Positions 54,161 to 64,000 of a stretch of 64,000 bases of DNA are shown here, piece after piece. The notes beneath the pieces were generated by a model. It searched no databases, was not told the origin of the DNA, and saw only the letters and a list, made by a program, of their open reading frames with translations. This DNA comes from Octopus vulgaris (lineage: Eukaryota): NCBI GenBank assembly GCA_951406725.2, contig OX597823.1:12710001-12774000 (forward strand), read 5' to 3'. Each line of letters opens with the position of its first letter. Position 1 is the first letter of the stretch. The translations under genes were made by a program, and so were the position numbers.

Positions 54161-55940
54161 AGGTTGAAAAGGAACACACGAGTTGATTATATATGGAAAA
54201 AATTCAATGTAGAAAATGCTAAAATAATTTTATAAAACATTTTAATACCGATTTAGTTCATTGAGATTTTTTTCAACTGTATGGAAAAGAATTAGATTTT
54301 GGAAAAATTAGAAGCAGTGCTTTTTAAAAGAATATTTGTATAATGTTCAAATACAAGTGGCATTTTCCTTGTTTCTGCCTGTCTCTGTTGTTCTTGTTTA
54401 CTCTTGTAGGTTCGAGGTAGTTGGAAATTCTTGGTCAAGTGCCCTGAAAGTGACTTGTTGTGGATGGTAGTAGTGATTGAATTCTTGAGACATCTCTTTT
54501 GAATGTATTGTTTATAATATTTGCGTAGTTGTTATTCAAAACAGTAATAGTAGTAAAGTAAGGATGGAGGTGGCGGAGAGGAAGCAGATGAAGAAGAAGA
54601 AGGGGAAAGAGAAGAGAGAATAAAAATGGGAATGTAGTTGGTATGATAGTTGTAGGATGTTAAATGGTCAAGTGACTTAAAAGTGGTTCGTTGTGGATTA
54701 TAACAGCGATTGGGACTGTTTTTAATGAATTCTTGAGTTTCTCTTGAATGCATCATTTTTTTAATATTTGCGTGTGTGTTTGTGTCATTCTAAGGCCGTG
54801 GTGGATATATCGTTTGTTGTAGATGCGTTCAAAAGAGTTCGGTATTTTGTAATAAAGAGAGTCTCTTTACTAATTCATTGGCTACAAGTTGTATCGTCCC
54901 TGAATAATTAGTAAAGGGGAAAACTTCTGAAGCTCGGATTTTTGTTATTGGCGCAAATGTCGATGTGTTGGCTGAATGCTATTTTTCTGTTTTTTGCAAT
55001 TTTGTTCTAGGATCTGTGCAGAGCCATCCTTTGACGTAGATTGTTTTTGTTTGGCCTATATATTGCTCTTGACACCCAGATCAGGTTAGTGCGTATATCA
55101 GGTTCTCCGAAGCACATGTGGAGCTGCTTTTCACTGTGAAACGTTCTCTCTGTTTGAAGGAGAACTCTGATCTTTCAATTAAATTGACGCATAGCCCACA
55201 GTTGGTTCTTCCGCATATTTTTACTTACGGCTTCTGTCTTGTTGTTGAGCGTATTCGGACTTGTGTTAGGAGACTTTTCATAGATTTGGGTAGTCTCTTG
55301 CTTTTTATGATGGTGTTTGTTTGGAGGATCAAGTTCATTCGGTGGTCCGTTTTACAGTAGAGGAATGTTTTGAAAGATGGTGTCGAAGGCTTCATTGTTA
55401 AAAGGGTTGTTGGTGGAGATGTATGGTAGGGAGTTTGGTTGTAAATCCTTCTTTAATTTGGGATGTCTGAGTTCGTGGATGTTGAGTTGTAGGGCATGTT
55501 GAAAGCATATGTCAATTAGTGAGGGTGGCTAGTTCCTGGTGATAAGTGTATCCTTTAGTTCACGTAGTCGTGTGTCTCTAGTGCTTGCATTAGAAACTAT
55601 AGTACATATCCTTTTTGTTAGGTTGAAGGGGATATTCATTCTGGTGTGTCTGTGGTGGCATGAGTTGAACGGTAGATATTGCCTGGAGTCCGTTGGCTTA
55701 TAGTATATATCTCCTTCTATTACGTAGTTAGATTTCTTAATGAGGAGGGCGAGGAAGGGAAGTTGTTGATAGGTATATTCCATTGTGAATTGAATGTTTA
55801 CGTCAAGTCCATTTATAAGGGCTTGGAATTCTTTAATTCTCTCTATACTTTCATGCCAAAGAAGGAAACAGCCATCTAGATATCTCTTCCAGTTATTTTC
55901 TATGTAGAGGGAGAATGGGCTGCCGTATTTTTGCAATGTG
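54158..55940 (-). mobile_element. Penelope-like element (RT plus GIY-YIG), degenerate, with pseudo-LTR-like repeats
   Basis: WKRYLDGCFLLW..IQFTME..LPFL..YYKPTDSRQYLPFNSCH (PLE RT/thumb); NLIYALT*SGCQEQYIGQT (GIY-YIG); direct repeat 54432-54525 / 54665-54773; abuts (TG)n. Confidence 0.9.
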
Positions 55941-56422
55941 GTATGTGGGCATGTATAGAAACTGTTCCGCTTGGGTCACCACTCTCTCACTTGGATTTCT
56001 GAAGTAACAACATCTAGCTTCTCTAGCTCAAAATCATTGCCTCTGATTTCCTTGAATAAATTTGTTGCTCTCCGAACTTTATAAGCCACCATCCACACTT
56101 TGATCATAATTCCTCCTGCATTCGGATCATATAATTCACCTACCGTGGCCATCATTACACGCTGACTTCAGCAAACAAATGTCCATGGCTATCGCTGTCG
56201 TTCTATTCCAATGCTGCCACTGAAGAAGCGAACTTATTTTTTATTCCCTACTCTTTTCACCGTCTACTCGCATTCCGAAGCGACAAAAACACGCTTAATC
56301 ACTTTCACACTTCTGAACACACCTGCGGCCATAATGTCTCCACTTCTGCAACTATCGGTTCTAACTACACCTGCTCCATTTCCAAACTCCAAATAACACA
56401 CAAACACACACACACACACACT

Positions 56423-56459
<37 letters not shown>

Positions 56460-56564
56460 CATCATTATGTCATCCAACCTATCCAAAGAAAAATAGACAC
56501 CCAAATAATTGGGGACACTTACGTGCAATTTAAACTATTATTTAATAATAGAGGGTATAGCAAG

Positions 56565-56778
56565 GGGGTGATATTGCAGAATCACTAGCACGCCGGGCTA
56601 AACGCTTAACTGCATTTGGTCCGCCTCTACGTTAGGAGTTCGAATTCCGCCGAGGTCGACTTTGCATTTTATCCATCGAGGTCGATAAAATAAGTAGCAG
56701 TTGCACACTGGGATCGATGTAATCAGCTTACCCATTCCTCCGAAATTACTGGCCTTGTGCCAAATTATGAAACCAATA
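56565..56778 (+). mobile_element. SINE family A, older full copy
   Basis: GAGTTCGAATTCCGCCGAGGTCGACTTTGC..GGCCTTGTGCCAAA. Confidence 0.85.
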
Positions 56779-58172
56779 TTATACAGCGTTACAGAAAAAC
56801 CACATAGTTTAACAGCCATTGATGTTGCACAGTTCTTAAAGCTATCTGTTTGTAGATAAATTTTATCGTTGTTTTTCAATTACAATCATACTCGAGTCTG
56901 AGGCGTTTGTTATTGAAACGTTTATCAAATATGGTGAATCAGAGAGCTTTTTGCTTTGCCGCACCCTGTATTTTAATAATATTAGTCATATTTTACTGCT
57001 CTTAGCTTGGTTCTCGTTTAAAGTTATTTGTGTTATGTCTGTACACACACTAAGAGTGCAATGCGAGTTGTTTGCTAAATGGAAAATTGTATTCACTATT
57101 GATAGATAATTTCCATTTACCAAACATAAATGTTCTGCCACCCATCCCCAAATCATCTCACGGATGCTGTCGTATACTTATGGTGAGTCTATATGTTAAA
57201 CCAAATATAAACAAGATATTATCAATGAAATGATTTATTCGCTCAAATATTAGATATGTTAAGTTATCTATCACTGATCATAGTCAGTTAAAAGTGAAAT
57301 GTCACTTTGAAAAGAAGCAATGCTAATGTCAGGGTAAACACCTCCTGGAATCCTAATTCTTGTACTGTTGTTCATCTGAACTACTTTTCTATTTCAATAT
57401 TTTTGTACACAACTATATATAAGCTGTCGGTTGAAATGAAATTTCCGAATATGGTAACGTGTCAATGATTGGAAGTCCAGAAGGGTGCGGTCTAGGTGAG
57501 AGTTGGGAAAAAATGGTTTGTAATTACTGCGGAATCTAAGAAGTACTATACATTAAGAGTGATGTTAGACGGATAAACAGACGTGTCTCGCGAGCGTCAT
57601 TGACGGGGAAACATATATTCCATATAAATAGAGTCAGCATTAGAATAAACAACGTTAGTGAATCAAAGTATATAGGTGAGGGAGTTTTTGCTAAATCGGG
57701 TTGATTTTCTTTAGGAACCACTGAATTTAAAGGCAGAAATGTTTAACTTATTCTTGCATATGTCGTATTTAAGATTTGTACAAGAAAGGAAGACAAACGT
57801 TAAAGAAATCTTGTTATTGGAGTGGGAATTTAATCTTTGAGAAGCAGTTTTGCCTCTGTTATATTTGCGGGGTTGATTGTAAAGAGTGTCAAAGGCTGAA
57901 AAACTTCACACTTGTAGTGATTAGAGGTTGTGTGTCTATCTGAAAATTACAAAAAAAAAATGACCCGTTCAGAAATAATATAAACTATACTTGCATCCAT
58001 AGAATGTGTTATTTAGAAGAAATCATATTTTGCTGTTTTGAAACATAAGGGATATAACCCTGCGAGATTTATGATGTAGGAATGTTATCCTTTCACCTTC
58101 GTACACATAACTATACACACATGACGGAAAATATATACATAAGCAATATGAAGGTTAACTTTTATATATATA

Positions 58173-58400
58173 TATTTCTTTACTACACACAAGGGGCTAA
58201 ACACAGAGGGGATAAACAAGGACAGACAAACGGATTAAGTCGATTACATCGACCCCAGTGCGTAACTGGTACTTAATTTATCGACCCCGAAAGGATGAAA
58301 GGCAAAGTCGACCTCGTCGGAATTTGAACTCAGAACGTAACGGCAGACGAAATACGGCTACGCATTTCGCCCGGCGTGCTAACGTTTCTGCCAGTTAGCC
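58173..58400 (-). mobile_element. SINE family A, young monomer between short TA repeats
   Basis: Close to 158-388. Confidence 0.9.
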
Positions 58401-59603
58401 TATATATATATTACATACATACATACGCATGCGCAAACACACCTTTGTGTTATGTATACATGTATGTGTGTATATAGCAAGGAGTATATGTGAATTTATA
58501 TGAATGTAAATATATACAAATAACATGTGTACAACATGCGTGCTCTGTAATATAAGCTAGGCAACATGTGTGATCTTTGTTTATTAAGAAACCTTCTAAC
58601 AACAGTATAAGGTATCGACAATCTTTTCTTTCCAGAGAATGAAAAATAATTGAAACAGATCGGAAAATTGTACAATAACAAATGTATAAGTTAAAAATCA
58701 TAAACACACACACACACACAATATTATACACACATATACGGAACTGTACATACAAAATAACAAAATAATAATCCGTTCGTCTTTATTTTTGCTTTGACTA
58801 AACAAACTATGTAAATTTGGGCGTATGCCGTTCCCTTCGGGTGGAACTCGTAGTTGTGCATTTTGAATCAGCCGCTTATAAAAATAATGGCAGTGGATTA
58901 AAAAGAAGCACATACAAATTAGAGAGAATCAATATTAGAATTTCTTCTTTGTAGATACTTCGCCTTTTTTAAAAACTTCGTCCTGTGTGCGTGTTTGTGC
59001 GTGTGTGGGATTTGTATGAATGCCGTTGAAGAGGCTAATACCCACTTCCTACACTCTGCAAAACAAATACACTTTATGAAAGATAAATATAGAGATATGG
59101 TTGTAAATATACAAATGTATAAGCCTATGTGTACGTGTATCTATGTAATTGTTTAATGTATTATCATTGCGATAATATGTCTTGTTTAGTTTAGTTCAGG
59201 TTAGTTTATTTTAGTATTCTCTGCCTTTGTACTTATTCAATGTTGTAGGGTCCTTTGGATTTTATTGATGCCACAGAGAAGTCGAATCTGAAACGATGCA
59301 TCAGTTCGTCTAACGCTGGAGAAGTTATCGCCGCCGCTAATTGTATCCCAGAGGGTCCTACAATCGAGGGCCGATCACAAGAAGAGGAATTTGACTCCAG
59401 AATGTAAACAGGTGAAATGGATACGGAAGAACATCACGTCTTAGCGCAATATTCCTTCAGAAACGGACCAGACTAACGATATATTTTCTTCCTCTAAAGA
59501 TGAAATTGATATTAGCGTGATTTGAAGTCAGAGCCCCCAATTTTTTGGCATGTTATAGTTTTCGAAAACTAAGGTGTATTTTCTGTTTACATGAGTAGAT
59601 ATT

Positions 59604-59988
59604 GGATGGAAGCACTCCGTCGGTTACGACGACGAGGGTTCCGGTTGATCCGATCAACAGAACAGCCTGCTCGTGAAATTAACGTGTTAGTGGCTGAGCA
59701 CTCCACAGACACGTGTACCCTTAACGTAGTTCTCGGGGATATTCAGCGTAACACAGAGAGTGACAAGGCCGGCCCTTTGAAATACAGGTACAACAGAAAC
59801 AGGAAGTAAGAGTGAGAGAAAGTTGTGGTGAAAGAGTACAGCAGGAATCACCACCATTCCTGCCGGAGCCTCATGGAGCTATAGGTGTTTTCGCTCAATA
59901 AACACTCACAACGCCCGGTCTGGGAATCGAAACCGCGATCCTACGACCGCGAGTCCGCTGCCCTAACCACTGGGCCATTGCGCCTCCT
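59604..59988 (-). mobile_element. SINE family C, long-tail variant, with TSD
   Basis: Same tRNA-like head as 12486; different 3' half; TSD AGTAGATATT at 59594 and 59989. Confidence 0.88.
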
Positions 59989-61282
59989 AGTAGATATTAG
60001 ATACGCGTTGAAATATTTCATTACTGCACTTTCTTATTTTTAGATTGTTCAAAAAATTCTTAGAAGCTTTAACTAGTTGAGATTGCATGGGATTTGAGTG
60101 CAAAGAGATTTTTAGCATTAATCGTGGAGGTGATTGTTTGGCTTTTGTGCTCATGAGTAGCATTAGGTTGAGGTTTCAATTCGTGATCGGAGTAGTGCGT
60201 TGTGTCATTGAGCAAGTCACATTATTGCATGCTCTTCGAGTCTATTTAACTGAAAATGAGTATCAGGCACTCACTGCTACATCTCTCTCTCTCTCTCTCT
60301 CTTAGATTTTCTACTCAGTCATGAGTGAAAGTTCAGCGAGAATATTCGTGTCTGATCATGATCACTACATACGAACCTAAAAGAATTATCGAAAGCATTA
60401 TACGCGGTACGAGGTCATATTCGCTGGTGGATTATGTACAAAGGATTTTATTTGTACATATATAACTGTAATCATGAATGTATGTATCTGCTCATGTGAG
60501 TGTGTTCAATCATGTATGTTATTTCTTGAACAGTATGTATGTTTTGATGTGTATACTTGCGCCTATCATAAATTCAATTCACCTATACATGCCTCTTACT
60601 GCAAGATTATCTTTAGGAATGTTTTACATATATATTCACAGTTTTATTAACGGTTTGTAACAGTAATTTCCAAATTAGCCGTGTCCTATGTGGTTTTATG
60701 AAATCCAGTTTCTTAAGATTAACGGTGAAACTGTTATTTATATATCCAAATGCCGAAATAATTACAAATGTAAGAATGTAGGTATGTCATTGAGCATACT
60801 TGTATATTAGCTCGTGTAAGAAGTATGTATTACTTGCTATAAATCAACTGGTATTTCATTGGCTTCTGCTGGAAAATATGTGCAGACAAACGGTAACAGT
60901 AAATTTGAAGACTTCATTTAACATATATAACCGTTGTAAGTTACATCATCTGCGAAAATGGCTTGCAGGTATAGGATTTGAGAGATTGCCCCGGGAATTT
61001 TAATCCCCATAATACTTTGCTTCTGTGTAAACCCATTTAAATTGTTCGTAACAACGCAAAGCATTTATCAGCAATACTAGTAATAAAGTTTGGCTCGATA
61101 CCAGAAAATGATGGTTTACTGAACCTGATCAGTGCATTTGCATCGTATTCACACGGTCAAAATACTATTTCATTATGACGCCATATTCTGTAGTGTTCAC
61201 ACAAACACACACACACACACACTATATAATATATATATACATATATATATATACATATATATATATATAGTTATATATAAAA

Positions 61283-61341
<59 letters not shown>

Positions 61342-61354
61342 CATATTTATACAC

Positions 61355-61397
<43 letters not shown>

Positions 61398-61450
61398 TAT
61401 ATACATATTTATATACATATTTATACATATATATATATACATATACATAC

Positions 61451-61527
<77 letters not shown>

Positions 61528-62079
61528 CGGCTTTTCTAGCATTATGGCCTCGTTACAAGCTTGAAATATGTACGTACTTGCCAGAACGTATAATCAATAG
61601 AGTTGCATTATACTATTAAACTTTTATTCACTTTATATGGACTGCAGTAATGCTGTCAAATTTTCATGACGTAATTAGTTTCGTTAGCACTAAGTAATTT
61701 GCCGTAAATATTGTAAAAATATTTTTATCGCTTTCTACCACCTCTCGCACCCAAGTCGTTAGGAAAAGATCTGCAGTGAAAATACATAGAGAAAACGATA
61801 CCTATTTATTGATAATTTTTAACGATTATTAAAAAACATCTGTAATTTATACTGAAATCAAAGTGTAGAGTTTACATTTAAAACACGTCAAATGTTCAAA
61901 CCTTGTTTCCTGTAGTATCGTTGTCACACCCAATTTAATCTTTGAAGTTTTAACTTAAGTATGAAAATTTAAATTTGTGTTAGAATTAACTATATATACA
62001 TAATAAAATACTTCAGTGCTTTTATGTATATATAACTAAATGAAGTTCGTTGAACCTCGTATTTCTTGCTTATACTAAA

Positions 62080-62467
62080 TTAGCTGTATCGCCCGGTGTT
62101 GCTCGGGTTTGTAAGGGAATTAACTATATAGGCATTTTTAGAGAGTTATAGCCAAAAAATAGCAAAAAATTGCATTAAAAATGGGAAATAATTATGGTAA
62201 TTTTTTTTAAATCGTTGACTCATCGTAGACATTTTTAGAGAGTTACTTCCCTTATATAATAGCGAAAAAATGCATTAAAATGGAAAAAAAATGATGGTAA
62301 TTTTTTTTTAAATCGTAGACTCATCGTAGACGCGTGCTAATACCCAGAAGGGCTCGATATGAATCACGACTATAAGATACCCGGTTTTGGTTAAACTGCA
62401 CCGCAAAATGTGGGAGTAGTAAGGAATCTAAATCGTAGGAGACAGACTTGACTTTTATATATAAAGA
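62080..62467 (-). mobile_element. non-autonomous Helitron
   Basis: Minus strand A|TCTTTATATATAAAAG ... hairpin CCCGAGCAACACCGGG ... CTAA|T; no TSD; internal ~100-bp tandem duplication. Confidence 0.8.
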
Positions 62468-62469
62468 TA

Positions 62470-62645
62470 TTCATACTTTCAGCTATAGACACAGGGCCTG
62501 AAGTTTTGTTGAGATAGGGAATAAGACGATTACGTCGACCTCAGTGCTCAACTGGTACTTATTTTATCGACAAAGAAAGGATTAAACGCAAAGCCGAACC
62601 CGACAGAATCTGAGTTTAGAACTTAAATTCGGCATGCTCACCTCC
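62470..62645 (-). mobile_element. SINE family A, diverged
   Basis: CACAGGGCCTGAAG..GATTACGTCGACCTCAGTGCTCAACTGGTACTTATTTTATCGAC. Confidence 0.7.
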
Positions 62646-62711
62646 TTTGTTCCTATTAAATATTATATGAGAATATACATATCTAAGGTAAGTTTTAAAT
62701 TTTAAATATGC

Positions 62712-62864
62712 AACAGGAGTGGCTGTGTGGTAAGAAGCTTGCTTACCAACCACTTGGTTCCGAGTTCAGACCCACTGCGTGGCACCTTGGTCAAGCGTCT
62801 TCTCCTATAGCCTCGGGCCAACTAAAGCCTTGTGAGTGGATTTAGCAGACGCAAACTGAAAGTC

Positions 62865-62948
<84 letters not shown>

Positions 62949-63175
62949 CTGTGTGCATGTGTGTGTGTGTTTGTGTGTCTGTGTTGTCCCCTCCCAACAT
63001 CGCTTGACAACCGATGCTGGTGTGTTTATGTCCCCATAACGCAGCACTTCACCAGAAAAGACAGATACAATAAATAACAGACATAAAAAAAGGATTGGAT
63101 TCAACTTGTTCGACTAATCATTTCAAGGCATTGCCCTAGCACGGCTGCAGTTCATTAACAAAACAAGTAAACGGC
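62712..63175 (+). mobile_element. SINE family B, full-length diverged copy
   Basis: Head, (TA)n(TG)n and tail motifs. Confidence 0.85.
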
Positions 63176-63199
63176 AAACGATTCTATTTTCGAGCCTTC

Positions 63200-63520
63200 C
63201 TAGTCTAATTTGAGGTCTAACTCTTGGGTATGATTAAGGCTTCTGAAATGGTTGCAGATTGCTTGATAGAAATAGACTGGGCATGTTGTAGTTTGTTTGG
63301 AAAGTAGTGGAAATATTGTTGTGATTTGTGCGATAGGAAGGAGATAGGAGTATTGATGTCGTAAGTGTATCAGATCGTTTAGAAAAGAAATTGTGTTCAG
63401 AGTGTCAGTGGCTGTTTTGTAAGAGGGATTTGATACTTTATCGACGAGCAAATACCTCTTGAATATTTGTGTGAAGAGTCTTCTGACAGGTTGGCTTTTA
63501 CTTATATACAAATTTTATTT
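63200..63520 (-). mobile_element. possible Penelope GIY-YIG remnant
   Basis: LYISKSQPVRR..AICNHFRSLNH weakly resembles the PLE endonuclease YIG..HFN..H pattern. Confidence 0.35.
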
Positions 63521-64000
63521 GTGTGATAGTTGCGCCAAAGCAGAAAAACAAGGATTACTCAGGTTTAGAGAAATATAGGAACTCAAAGAACGAAGAGAAA
63601 GAGAGGGACAGTGACAGAATGAGCGAATGTATCGAATAACGATATCTTTCTTTGACGTTAGCGAGATCTGTGACATAGCTTTTACTCATGTAAAGAATGT
63701 AAAAGTATCATTTCGAAATTTTACTAATATTCTTGTGCGTTTCTTTCTAGAAGTATAATGACAGTGTTCACGTTGTTGTATAAAATCATTGAAGAATATT
63801 TTTTCTTAGCGGTGCATTCATGGAAGAAGTGATTTCTTGGAGTAAATTATTGACATGTATATAAAAAAAAGGAAGCAACTACAAAAAATTCCATAGTGAA
63901 GTAGTTAAATGTTTGAGAAGAATAACTGCGTATTCTGGAGAATTCTAGCAATGCATGTTGCAAAATAATCCTACGTTATGAAAGAGGTATGACACCTATC

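Noticed and set aside
55960-56390. Possible LINE ORF1 remnant next to the Penelope element
   Set aside because: Too degenerate to assign by eye

Overview
AT-rich, repeat-saturated eukaryotic (animal) DNA. The tRNA-derived SINEs, the very dense (TA)n/(TG)n/(TAA)n/(GATA)n microsatellites and the retroelement mix suggest an octopus (coleoid cephalopod) genome; this is inference. I cannot support any intact host gene, rRNA, true tRNA or CRISPR array, and nearly all listed ORFs are microsatellite or TE artefacts. The window looks like a gene desert or a large intron. It holds three SINE families, fragments of R4/Dong-like, CR1/L2-like, RTE, L1/Tx1 and Penelope retroelements, mariner relics, two MITEs, a non-autonomous Helitron, and two minisatellites (36 bp x ~13; 33 bp x ~44). 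Most notable: (1) two ~200-bp elements with minimal hammerhead-ribozyme motifs next to (TA)n; (2) an L1/Tx1 element inserted inside (GATA)n; (3) a 36-bp array with 12 perfect CAGGTAAGT U1-complementary sites; (4) a 33-bp array expanded inside a dead R4/Dong element, with ~500-codon ORFs in three frames; (5) a SINE-LINE pair sharing a 3' tail; (6) multimeric SINEs with a recurrent junction. Coordinates were read by eye and are approximate; family names are by motif recognition, not database search.
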